Source of the DNA: Ostrea edulis
Taxonomy: Eukaryota
Length of the DNA: 64,000 nucleotides
Assembly (NCBI RefSeq): GCF_947568905.1
Contig: NC_079172.1
Coordinates: 9,176,001 to 9,240,000 of the forward strand
Direction: 5' to 3'
Position numbers and translations under genes: made by a program. The notes beneath the pieces were generated by a model. The model was not told the DNA's origin, ran no database searches, and saw only the letters and a list, made by a program, of their open reading frames with translations. Each line of letters starts with the position of its first letter. Position 1 is the stretch's first letter. Below, piece after piece: positions 49,628-61,760 of the stretch.

Positions 49628-50708
49628 TCACTTCCGCATTTGGACTTTTAATCTGTATGGATGAGCACTCGTGGTGATTCCTGTTAAGCCTTCAAAATTC
49701 AATACATCTGTCTCTGACACCTTCATGAAACGAAACTTTTGAATGAGGTTAGAAAACACGATAAACATTTCCGTTCTAGCTAAAGACTCCCCGGGACATA
49801 TTCTTGGACCTACAAAGAGAATACAAATGGTTTATTAACTTGTACCGTTTATTGAATAGTCATTGTAATAATTATCTAATGAAAGGTGAAAATAACGAAC
49901 AATGATAAATCTCATAATTCTTATAAGCAATACAAAATAGGTAGTTGTGTAAATTAAGCTTTTCAAGTTTAAGATTCCTAAGTAAATCTATCAATGTAGT
50001 CAAGTAGTATGAATTAAGCTTTTCAACTTTTAGATTATTCCTAAGTAAATCTATCAATGTAGTCAAGTAGTGTGAATTAAGCTTTTCATGTTTTAGATTA
50101 TTCCTAAGTAAATCTATCGGTGTAGTCGAGTAGTGTCAATTAAGGAGGTACTTTACATTGTCATAATGGCCGACTTCCTTTAGAAACATGGAGGAAAATG
50201 TAGATATCGGTAATATTTGTCTATTCATTTAAAAAATCATCGCCTAGCTGAGTAGCCCAGTAAGTAAGCACGTCGACTGCTGAACTGTAGATCGCGGGTT
50301 CCAGTACAGCAGGGGTTTCTTTTCAGATTGCTGTTTACTAAAACTGCATTTTGTGACTAAATAAAGTAAATTCGAAAGTTTACAATTACATATCCTCAAT
50401 GTACATATCTTCCACTTTTGATCCATATCAAATTTCTCTTGTGTAGCATATCTCCCTAATGTTTTCATGTTTTAGATTATTCCTAAGTAAATCTGTCGGT
50501 GTAGTCAAGTAGTGTAAATTAAGGTTTTCAAGTTTTAAATTCCTAAGTAAATTTATCATTGTAGTCAAGTAGTGTAAAGTAAACCTTTCAAGTTATAGAA
50601 TCATAAGTAAATCTATCAGTGTAGTCAAGTATGTGAATTAAGCTATTCACGTTTTAAATTCCTAAATGAATCTATCGGTTGATTGATTGAATATTGTTTA
50701 ACATCCCT

Positions 50709-50750
<42 letters not shown>

Positions 50751-51855
50751 TGAAGTGCTGCTAGATTTAGGCCTGTGCTCGGCGCTTACGCCTCTGAGCA
50801 GGGAGGGATCGTTATCGTGCCACACCTGCTGTGATCCGATCAAGAGGTAGGGCTCACGGTGGGTGTGACCGGTGAGATTGATCACTGTTCCTTATCTTCA
50901 CCTTTCATAAGTATGTTTGCTGATTATTGAAATGCATATATCGAAAAACCTATGGATGACATAGACAGTAAGAACACAGAGGCCCATGGGTCACATCGCT
51001 CACCTGAGTCACCTTGGCCCATATCTGAAGACTTTCCATATATATTTGCATGTAAAACCTTAGTTCCTATCCTGGCTCCAACCTACTCCTGGAGGCCATG
51101 CTTTTTACAAACTTGAATCTGCACTATGTCATAAAGCTTTCGTGTAAATGACAACTTCTTTGGCTCAATGGCTCTTGAGAAGAAGATTTTTAAAGATTTT
51201 CCCTACATATTTGTTTGTAAAACTTTGATCCCCTTTTGTGGCCTCAACCTACACTCGGGGATCATGATTTGAACAAACTTGAATCTGCACTATCTCAGGA
51301 AGCTTTCATGTAAATATAAGCTTTTCTGGCTCAGTGGTTCTTGCGAAGAATTTTTTTAAAAAGATTTTCTCTTTTTATTCCCATGTAAAACTTTGATCCC
51401 CTATTGTGACTCCAACCTGCCCCCGGAGGCCATGATTTGAATAAACTTGAATCTGCACTATGTCAGGAAGTTTTCGTGTAAATCTCAGTTCTTCTAGCTC
51501 ATCGGTTCCTGAGAAGGTTTTTAAAGATTTTCCCTATATATTTCAATGTAAAACTCTGATCCCCTATTGTGGCCCCATCCTACCCCTGGGGGCCATGATT
51601 TGAACAAACTTGAATCTGCACTATGTCAAGAAGCACTCATGTAAATGTCAGCTTCTCTGGCCCAATGGTTCTTAAGATGATATTTAAATGACCCTACCCT
51701 AATTATTGCATTTTTTGTGATTATCTCCCCTTTGGAGGGGACGTGGCCCTTCATTTGAACAAACTTGAAAGCCCTTCACCCAAGGATCCTGTGTGTCAAG
51801 TTTGGTTGAAATTGACCAAGTGGTTCTGGAGAAAAGATGAAAATGTGAAAAGTTT

Positions 51856-51886
<31 letters not shown>

Positions 51887-54800
51887 CCCAAAACACCTAA
51901 AAATATGTTCAATGTTGCTAGGTGGATTTCAGGGCAATTATTTCGTTAGATTAAATCATGGATCCTCCATTGAGATGTTTTTCGACGGAAAATCCAATTC
52001 TGGAACGAGGTAATTTCTTAGTGGTTGTAAAAACAAAGGTATGACAACACATTTATTGACTGGGTCTCGAACAACATGTGGTTTGTTGGACCTTTGGACC
52101 AAAATGTTTTCTGCATCCCCAGGCAACATATCAGTCGTCAGGCCCAATAAAATACATATTAACATCGACCCAAGTCAATAAATATGTAATATATTCAGTA
52201 AATATAGATAAGTGTATACATTTACATCATGAACGCAATACTACCCAGAACAACTGAATTTCCATTTATAGTTAGAAATCAACTTCATTCCATACACAAA
52301 TTATCTTCTAATATGAAATATGATAAACTACCAATGGTTTGATACTCACCTATGGAGAAAGGAATTAAATGGTCTTTCTTTGATATTTTCCCAGTAATTT
52401 CGTCAATAAATCTTTCTGGACGGAACTCGTATGGTTGAGAAAAGTTTTCGGGGTCTAAATGTGATGTCGTTAGGAATCCCACAACAATGGAGTTCTTTGG
52501 AATCACTTGACCAGCTATTACAACGTCCTCTGTAGCTGTGTGTGGTAGCGATGCATTCGCTATTCATAAGAAAGTTAAAAATGCATTTGAATTTTCAAAA
52601 AGTAGTTTAAAACATGTAATATCTTATGAACCTTATACACTGTTCTTGATATCTGATAAGAGGTGATGATGTTGAAAACAATTTTGTTACTGTGCAAATA
52701 TCTATATACGTTGTAGGACTATATGAGAGTAAATGTGGCACGTTAAAGATCCCTCCCTCCCTAAAGATCGTAATCTCCGAACATAGACCTACATTTTGCA
52801 GCTTTCACCGACCACGGTGACATATCCATACGAGTGAAAGTTTCTTGAGAAGGACGTTAAACAACATACATTGTACAATCCGAGATACCACGTAAACGAA
52901 ATTAATATCATTAAGTATCAAATTTGTGTAAAATCCTGATATCTTTTCTATATATTATACTGTCGTACTACTTAAGAATCATACATGTATCTTTCTATTT
53001 AAATACATGAGTATGTATGCATCTACTGTGTATATGCATGCACTGAAGTCAAAGTTTCTGTCAATCTTTCCAAGTTATTGGCCAGGAATTTTAATTTTTT
53101 TTATACCAATGTTTGCTAATCTCTGCACTTCCATTAGCGTGGCTTCAACATAAGGAATGTTTGTCCTGTCGGATAGACGCACCTCTCTTTCCACACCAAT
53201 AACCTGATGAAAGTATCAAAACTTTATACATGTATACATTTAACTTAAATAAAAAATACAATAGTAAATGTTACATAAATGTTTTAAAGAATCCACTATA
53301 AGGATCGGATTAAAAATTATACATGCATATAGGATTCACCTTCTTTATTTCTTCATAACATTTCCGTTGAACCTCGGGGTAACTTATCATATACAAAAAG
53401 GTCCAATCCAGGGATGTTCCTGTAGTTTCAGTGCCAGCTGTGAAAAGTTCCATGATGACACCGAACATGTGATGAACTACAAAATGATAAAGATTTACAT
53501 GTATCAACGAAAGGTGAAGATAACGAACAGTGATCAATCTCATAACTCCGATAAGGAATACAAAATAAAGAGTTGGGTAAACACGGATCCTTGTGCGTAC
53601 CAGAGGTGGGATCAGGTGCCTAGGAGATCAATGTTACGTTTTTGCAATATTCTGAAAGGTTGTAGACAATGAATAGCGAATATTCTCAAAATACCTACAA
53701 GGAATTCAAAATTAAAAGTAGGGGAAAAACCGGACCCCTGGATATACCAGAGATGGAATCATGTGCCTAGGAGGAGTAAGCATCTCTGTCGACCGGTCAC
53801 ACCCGCAGTGAGCCCTATATCTTAGTCAGGTAACTGTGTAATCTTTAGTCAAAATTAGTGTGTAAAGAACGGCTTAACATGAAACACGTCAGACTGTATT
53901 TGACCCAATGAGGGTTTTTTTCGTAATGATATGAGGCCTTTTTTGTAACGTCATGTGTATAAGTTAAGTCACAAATCCACATCAGGGTTAACTCACCTTT
54001 TCCTTCTATTCCCCCGTCTTCTCTCTCTGCTTGAATATACAGATCTATGAAATCTCTGATGTTATTTTCATCATAAGTTTTCTCGTGCTCTGCAATCTGA
54101 CGTCGAACGTATTCCAATACAGCATCTCTTGCTTTTTGCCTCTCCTTCGCGACAGTCCTCTAAATCATAAAGGCAATGATACTTGTATTCCTTTTGTATA
54201 TTGTTCAGATCTTTGGTCGCCCTGAACATTTATCATTTGATACAATATACTTTACTTCATAATTAGGGGCGCCCGATACCTGCCGTGTTTTAAATGGAGT
54301 CGTGCATAAACCTCGGAAATCACATTGATGTTAGATATGTTTATTCAAATTTTCTATGTTTTCTGAGCTTTTCTTTAAGGAAATATATTTCGACAAAGTC
54401 ACTGTAAGTTAAAGAAATAGAAAGAATAAACTCTTAAAATGAAGTTTACGAAAGATAGTTTATTGCTGACGTCATATTTCTAAAACTGGTGTTCAATGTG
54501 ATCATGGTTTAGACGCATCAAAATTAAAGTTAATCTTTAAAAATATTTCAAATCAAAGCTTTTGAATACAACTGCACAAGATGCTACAACTAAGTATTTA
54601 CTGGTTCAATACTGATCCCATTGGATGCAAACATATCACACACGTCAATTGCTAAACCCCATCCAGTTGAAAAATTTGGTGTCAATTCAAATTTTGAAAG
54701 GGTTTGGCAGGGACTATGTTTTGAGGCGGAAGGATTGATTAATCAAAAAGATCTAAATTCACATAATATTACAGTTTCTGTTTCATCAAATATATCTTCT

Positions 54801-57800
54801 ATTTTTATACTCCTATATGTGTATTTCAGTTTTATAATTCATGATACAAGTAGTTGAGACTTGGAACTAGCTCCAATGTTCTAATTTATTAATTTAGTTG
54901 ATATATGTTTTCCAAACAGAAAACCGATTATTAAAGAAGTTTAAATTTATTTACTCGAAATTTAGCATGAAAAATTCAGCATTATCGCCAAAAATTCAAA
55001 AATTTGATCTCCAAACCCCACTTTTTTTTTTAGTTCTAGTTCAAGACAAGACCTTGAAAATTATATGAAATATTAGAAATTGACATTACTCCTAATATGT
55101 CCTTTTAAACACTCAAATTTGATATCGTAAATTTTTTCGTATTTCAAGTGCAAAAAGGTCATTATTCATTTCCATTACTAGTATCAAACTTTTTGTATAT
55201 CTGAACTGTTAGAAGACATGATTATGTATCTATTTTATGTAATGATTGATTTGTGTTGTTTATGTTGTGTTGACACCAACAGATCAATCAAGTTTAATTG
55301 AATACCTCATACAGTGTAACTGCAAATAGGTGATGTTTAGAACACTATAGCTCAATAACAAGCATTGCGACCCTAGTTTTTCTTTTTAATTTCCTAATTT
55401 TCCTTCAATGTAGAAATAAAAAATACGCTTCCCAAAAAATTGACATTACTCCAAATCTCAGCTGCGAACTTCCTTAATTGTTTGCCTTAAGCTGTGAAAC
55501 TAGATATGTACGATGCTTTTAACTGAAATACACATTCCCAGCATGAGGATTGAAAAACACCTGTAACTGACTTATCTATGAGTTATAATCATATTTTTAT
55601 AATCATATGGTTATATTTGATATAAGTAAAATAATTAAGTATATATAGTTTATGGTATTTAACTAAGAACAAAATCCTTTGAAATATCGCCGTCCTGTGG
55701 GGATCTGGGTTAGAATAGGTCTTCAGTACCCCTTGCTTGTCGTAAGCGACGACTAAATGGGGCGGTTAGGATGAGACTGAATGAACCGAGGTCTCGTGTC
55801 CCAGCCGTTGCGGCACGATAAAGATCCCTCCCGGCTCAAAGGCCATAAGCGCCGAACAAAGACCTAAATTTTTCAACCCTTCACCAGCAATGGTGACGTC
55901 TCATATGAGTGAAAGACTTTAGAGAGGGACGATAAACAATATACAATCAATCAATAAATTTTGTCTTACCCCTCCCAACTGTAAAAAGCTAGGGATTGAT
56001 TGCAAAACTGCCCCAGGCCCTTTAAATAAGACGTCAAACGCATCAATCAAACCCAGGAATTTCTCGTCATCATGTGGATACCTACAAAAATAATCAGCAC
56101 CAAACGTTGTAAATCTCAGCATTCGATGCAAGCGTTATTGAAATTAGTAATTCTTTGTACTTGTAAACTTGCGGAATATTGAAACCGTTCCTTGGAAACA
56201 GATAAAGGACTTCTTAAATTTATGTACCTGAATCCAAAAACCACGTGATGAATAACGTTACTGATGGATGTCGTCATCATCCGCTTAACGTCTGCTATCG
56301 CTTCACCTTCCTTGGAGGCGAAAATGTCACCGAGTAATTTTGCCTCGTCTTGGATAACTTCCTCCAGAGATTTCTTCCCAACACCGAAATCGCGCATACT
56401 GTGTAGGGCAAACCGACGTATTTTTTTCCAGTTTTCCCCATTAGCCCACACAAGACCTGAAAAAAAGAAAGGTAAAGGAATGCTAATATTGAATACATCT
56501 ATGGTTCTGCACTGATGTCTATTGGACGTGAGCTTTTGAATCGTTTAGACTAAACACGAAACATTTTATCTGTGACATCACCACGTCTATCGTAAGCAAT
56601 ATTATTCCAGATTTAAACTACTTGAAGTATAAATCAAAAGTCGTAAATAAGATACACTGAGATGCTAAAATATTTCAGTGAGTTCGAGCTCCACTCTTGC
56701 CATGGCCACGTCAAACCTAAGACGTTAAACATTGATAGTGATTGCTCCGTCACCAAACCCTCGGCATTTAGAACTAAGAATCACGGGTCTTTCGGATATG
56801 ACCTTAAAAACGGTGGTCCCGTGACACGGCAGGCGTTGGTACAGTAAAGAACCCTCACTGCTACAGCCACGAGCGCTAAGCATAGGTCTAAATTTGTGGT
56901 AACTTCTGACACCTACAGCTGGTGACGTCTCTATATGAATGACAAATTATCGACAAGACGTAAAAAATCAATCAATCGACTACTTCTACTTCAATTTTCC
57001 ACCAAAATGTTCATTTACCCCCTCCCCTCTCTAAAACAAAAAACAAAACAAGAGATGTTTGTAAAGCACATATCCCCCCCCCCCATAGTGCAAAATTGAA
57101 AATGGTTATACACACACATCATTTAATTGATAGTAGCATCATCAATTCAAAATATTGAGCAGACAATATTTTCCTATGTCAAGAGTGGATTGACCATGTG
57201 ACTTAAAATCAATAGGGGTAATCTACTCCTTATGCTGTAGCAGTGTACCAAGTTTGGTGTCAATCAAGCAAATAATTCTTAAAGTATAGGGGATAATATA
57301 TCACTATGTCCAGTTTAACCTTTGACCTTTGACTATGTGACCCCGAAATCAATAGTGGCCATCTTCTCCTGAAGATGTACTAGTGTACCAAGTTTGATGT
57401 CTGTCAAGCAAAGGGTTATCAAGCTATTGAGCAACAGTATATTCTTATGTCCAGTTTGACCCTTGACCTTTGCCCATGTGACCTCAAAATCAATACGGGT
57501 TATCTTCTCCTGAAGATGTACCAATGTACCAAGTTTGACATCTGTCAAGCAAACGGTTCTCAAGATATTGAGCGGACAGTATATTATTCATATTATTCCT
57601 GTGTCCAGAGTAGATTGACCCTTGACCTTTGGACCTGAAAAACAATAGGGGTCCTCTTCTACTCATAACCAACCCACATATGAAATATCATTACGATCAA
57701 GTGAATGGTTCTCAAGATATTGAGCGGATAACATGTGGTCTACTGACCCACCGACCGACAGGTGCAAACCAATATGCCCTTCTTTCAAGGGGGGCATAAT

Positions 57801-58377
57801 CATATCTGTAATGACATGCAATATTTTGGCGTCAGAACATTTTCACATGATTAAAAAAAACATTACATTGAAAAATAGATTAATCTTTAACCTCAAATTT
57901 AGCGTTATAACTAAAATTAGATTATTGGGATTTTACATAATATATTCAATCAAAGATAATCTTACCGTGGCCAGTCTTTTTCATCCTCTTTTGAATGTTG
58001 GGTAACCAGTTTGGACGATTGCTGAATTGAGCTGCATGTTTCACAAACGCATCATGGATATTTTCATATCCGCTAATAAAAACCATCAAATAGGGTCCCA
58101 CATACATACGGAAAACGTTTCCGTATTTCTTGCGAAGTGACAAAAGTTCTAAATGTCGTTTGTTTCCCATAAGTATAAATTGAGGTAAATTTCCGATGAA
58201 TGGGAGCGCAAAAGGTCCCGGTATAGAAGTTCTAGGTCTACCCATCACAAATATCAGTGTCAAGAACACAAGAGTGAAAATAAAGATAGTCGTCATATCG
58301 AAGAAATGAAGGAAGGAGACCGAGTACAATTTTACCCAAGAAGAATCCATCACGAATCCCAAAACTGTATCAGACAT
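49628..58377 (-). CDS. Cytochrome P450, clan 2, gene 3 (inverted close paralogue of gene 2), 513 aa
   Basis: Exons 58377-57966, 56456-56228, 56081-55970, 54159-53997, 53476-53340, 53203-53107, 52559-52350 and 49809-49628. Exon lengths are identical to gene 2 and all P450 motifs are intact. Confidence 0.95.
49940..50678. repeat. ~60-bp minisatellite in gene 3 intron 7
   Basis: Unit GTAGTCAAGTAGTGTGAATTAAGCTTTTCA...ATTCCTAAGTAAATCTATC; interrupted at 50140. Confidence 0.85.
50144..50455 (+). mobile_element. TTAA-targeted (Kolobok-like) MITE inserted in the minisatellite
   Basis: Flanked by TTAA/CTAA; imperfect TIRs GGAGGTACTTTACA / TGTAGCATATCTCC; same family as 435-668. Confidence 0.6.
50679..50905. 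mobile_element. Truncated SINE body (minus) fused to Naiad pLTR pieces (plus)
   Basis: SINE tail/body 50679-50835, then GGGCTCACGGTGGGTGTGACCGG and GAGATTGATCACTGTTCCTTATCTTCACCTTTCAT. Confidence 0.75.
50973..51902. mobile_element. Helentron-like element carrying ~165-bp satellite units (Cg170-like by recollection)
   Basis: Ends AACACAGAGGCCCATGGGTCACATCGCTCACCTGAG and ACGACGGACAACGGACAAATTTTG...CTAAAA; AACTTTGATCCCC units at ~51056, 51221, 51389 and 51552. Confidence 0.75.
52735..52870 (+). mobile_element. Diverged SINE 3' fragment in gene 3 intron 6
   Basis: Matches the family A/B body; absent from gene 2 intron 6. Confidence 0.7.
53505..53915 (-). mobile_element. Two Naiad-type pLTR insertions in gene 3 intron 4
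   Basis: The older one is shared with gene 2; the younger fragment (53505-53630) is unique to gene 3. Confidence 0.8.
55691..55955 (+). mobile_element. SINE-like element, family B, in gene 3 intron 3
   Basis: Full head, body and tail. Gene 2 retains the empty site GTAAGACAAGATTTCAAAGGATT. Confidence 0.88.
56680..56978 (+). mobile_element. Diverged tRNA-SINE (family A-related)
   Basis: B-box remnant GAGTTCGAGCTCC, ACCTAAGACGTTAAA..., shared body and (CAAT)n tail. Confidence 0.75.
57047..57800. mobile_element. Helentron/MITE-like element with internal CCTTGACCTTTG tandem units
   Basis: Ends AACAAGAGATGTTTGTAAAGCAC and CAATATGCCCT..CAAGGGGGGCATAA. Confidence 0.65.
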
Positions 58378-59181
58378 TCTGTCGTACTGAAAGGCTTCAC
58401 TACGAATGACAACGCAGTAATGTTTCTCCAGTCGAATCTACGTCCGTTACAACTCCCAAACAAGGGCAGAATGTGGGACGGCTATTGCTGAAAGTGATAG
58501 ATGCATGTTGCTTCTGTGGATCGTGTTATTTGCATTACGGTATCTCCATACATACTAATAAGATGATTATTTGTACAATATATGCCTCACATGTTCTTTA
58601 AATGGGTTTTATAGATAGTGAAATAAACCACACTGCATTAATTCAATGTTTACGCAAAGGTTCGCTCAGGGACACCGACCTACATTTTGACTCGCAGTTG
58701 TTAGAGGTGACAAACTAGCTTGAATTAATGAGGTTGTTAATAATACTATAGATTGCATTGACAGATTTAAAGCGAGTACCCTTTTTTCGACCCATTTAAA
58801 TTCATAAACTTACCTGTATATTTGTGCATATGTATTTGTGTGTGTTTTATTGTTGGAGTTTTATTAATTTTTTGGGTGAAACTTGCAATTTTTGTGGCCT
58901 CGACTCAACTAATATAGATCAATTGTTTATACAATAAATACTAGTAATCTCTTGATCTTTGACTTGCATTGAAAAGGAAAAGTTGCTTAAAATTTACATC
59001 AAAGTTTCATGACGTTCAATTGGATCATGATAATTGAGAATATATTGTAAAATTCATGAAAATATTATGAATGAGAATCAATTAATTATGAGGATTAGCC
59101 CTAGGACCCCCAGGGTTAGCCTGACTGGCGACTTACATATAAACCTCCAAGCCCCTTTCTCGCGAAATCCTGAATCCGTCA

Positions 59182-59185
<4 letters not shown>

Positions 59186-59222
<37 letters not shown>
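59186..59222. repeat. (TA)n microsatellite
   Basis: Direct reading. Confidence 0.95.
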
Positions 59223-59225
<3 letters not shown>

Positions 59226-59411
59226 AGTAAATTGTAATATTTATTATAATGATTGTATGTACTCGTGTACCAGCATTTTCCTCTAGCCCACTCCACCCGT
59301 GAAACTGACTTCATGTGTATTGCATGTTGTCACGTGCAAAGGAGAAAATTCACAGTGTGTAGTTGGGCATCCTGTCTTATCTGAAGACTGAATAAAGAAT
59401 ATGCCATTCCC

Positions 59412-60026
59412 TAGTCTAGGTCACCTACACGTTTGTCAATGCAGTGTTCTACGAGACAAACGTCTAGGAGCATTCTACGATAAACATTTACACTCCATAA
59501 CGAGGCTTATCCGAATTCTGATAAAGCAGCTGATTGGCTGATGCATAACGATGACGGACGCAGTCGAACAGAAGATAAACAAAGTTTTATCAGATTTAAA
59601 AATCGAATTCTCGCTGAAACCTTTACAGAAAGAGTGTTTACTTAAATTAGCAAATAGGTCAGATGTGTTGGAAGTATTACCAACAGGCTATGGGAAATCG
59701 CTATTGTATACGATTCTACCGCAATTAATGTTTGAAGAAGACCTGCATAGTAATACTAGTTCTCGTGAAGTCAGCATAATTCTGGTCATATCGTCACTGG
59801 TTTCTCTAATGAAGGACCAAGTTTCGAACTTGCAAAAACACAACGTTTGCTTTCTTTAGAACAAGCGACACATAAACTGACATTTGGAACAACAGTTGTG
59901 CTCTTTGTTTTCTTCGGTGTCGCCATTTCAGTTTTTCGATAGCGCCCCCTCGTGGTTTAATATTTTTAAATAGAACGCTCCAAGGCGTTTGAGTGGGAAG
60001 TCAAACGGCTTGCGTGACCTAGGCTA
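59412..60026 (+). mobile_element. Internally deleted AcademH-like DNA transposon carrying a RecQ-like helicase fragment (59551-59859)
   Basis: TIRs TAGTCTAGGTCAC / GTGACCTAGGCTA; 9-bp TSD GCCATTCCC; SF2 motifs LKPLQ (Q motif), LPTGYGKS (Walker A) and ISSLVSLMKDQV (Ia). Confidence 0.78.
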
Positions 60027-60661
60027 GCCATTCCCACGTGACGTATCATGACTATGGAAAGGAATCACCGCCATAATTCTATGTATTCTTGTATTCTCAA
60101 TTCGAACCTTTATTTTACAATATGACATTTTTAATTCCATGTTACATTAAAACATTTCTTCTCAATTTCATTTTACTACATGACATCTATTTCAATTCCA
60201 TGTCACATTATTAAAACGGTATTTCAATTTTCCATTTGCTTTTATATTGCTTCATTCCCATATTGTTTTTATCATTCACATAAAAAAGTGGTTAGAGTAC
60301 ATATAACAAAGGTAAAATACTTTTATCTTAAGCTTGGTGTAAATAATTTTCTAGGGCATCATGGAATTTTAATCTGGTTCAAACAACCATGGGGGTTTCA
60401 AAAATGTCATTCTAAATGGCGTATAACACCTTCGCTTGTGCTAGTTTGCTTTTATCTGATCTCATAATTCTAAATGACGTATAACATCTTCACTTGTTCT
60501 AGTTTGTTTTTATCCGATCTCATCAAAATTCGCTCTAAATGTATAGGACATGTAAGTATGAACACACATGCGCCATCAGCTTGTATATTGCGGATATCGT
60601 ATGTGTATGTTCCGCCAGCGTATCCATTATTGTAACACCTTACACTGTGACATGATAAGAG

Positions 60662-60975
60662 CAGGGCCGTAAATTACATGGAGGCGGAGGAGGCAGCTGC
60701 CTCCTCCAACTTTTGAGCCAAAAAAAAATTAAAATTTAAAGTTCATTAGAATTTATGTTGTTTCCAATAACTAAGAACATAATACCTCCCTTAAAAAGCA
60801 TTCCAAATCTTTCTTTTAGAATGAGTTAGTCAAGTAACATCTTAGAAGGCCCTAGAATCAAGGATTTTGCACGAAACGTGTTCATTGTGCACAAAATGTG
60901 CTCAGCGTCTGGGGGCCCCCAGACCCCGGCCTAATTTCCTGCCTCCTCCAAATTGAAGGTTAATTTACGGCCCTG
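60662..60975. mobile_element. hAT-like MITE
   Basis: TIRs CAGGGCCGTAAATTA / TAATTTACGGCCCTG; flanking direct repeat TAAGAG (6 bp visible). Confidence 0.8.
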
Positions 60976-61244
60976 TAAGAGTACTGACAGAATGAGGTAA
61001 CACGCACAGTAATTGTAAAACAGGATGCCATGTCAGATACTGGATATTTCTACGGATCCGTCTGCTTAGTGATGTATTTCCTTGCCAAATTGCATGTAGC
61101 ATTTTAGCTGTCTGCGACTCTCGTTTACGTCCAAGAAGTATGATATATATTTGGCTTGCATTTCATGGGGAGAGGAGGAGAGACCATCGTATCTTCTTGG
61201 ACTTTTCCGGCAAGGGAAAAAAACGTTTTTCCGAGTTGCAATGT

Positions 61245-61247
<3 letters not shown>

Positions 61248-61291
<44 letters not shown>
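61248..61291. repeat. (GA)n microsatellite
   Basis: Direct reading. Confidence 0.95.
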
Positions 61292-61294
<3 letters not shown>

Positions 61295-61486
61295 GGGGTT
61301 AGCTACATGTACTTACTTATATGTAAGTCAAACCATCATGTCGCTGTAGCTGAGTATTAGAAAAGTTAGAACATGATAAAGTATTTCATACAGATAGCAG
61401 AATAGTGACAAAACATTCTGTTAAAAGAAATATTACATGATTGATTTTACTTGTATAAGGGTTTCGTAAACGCGGGCACTTGTTTT

Positions 61487-61760
61487 GATTGATTGATTTA
61501 TATTGTTTAACTCCCACCCGCGAATTTTTCACTCATATGGAGACATTACCATTGCCAGTGAAGGGCTGCAAAATTTAGGCCTATGCTCAGCGCTTATTGC
61601 CATTGAGCAGGGAAGGGTCTTTATCGATTCGTACCACACGTGCTGTGACACGGTACTTCGGTTTTTGTGGTCTCATCCGAAGGACCGCCCCATTTAGTTG
61701 CTTCTTACGACAAGCAAGGGGTACTGAAAATCTATGATTCTAACCGGGATACCAACGGGA
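61487..61760 (-). mobile_element. SINE-like element, family B, diverged head
   Basis: Full body; head CCCGTTGGTATCCCGGTTAGAATCATAG...GCTTGTCGTAAGAAGCAACTAAATGGGGC. Confidence 0.85.

Noticed and set aside
59551-59859. Host RecQ helicase gene
   Set aside because: Truncated after motif Ia and enclosed by TIRs with a 9-bp TSD.
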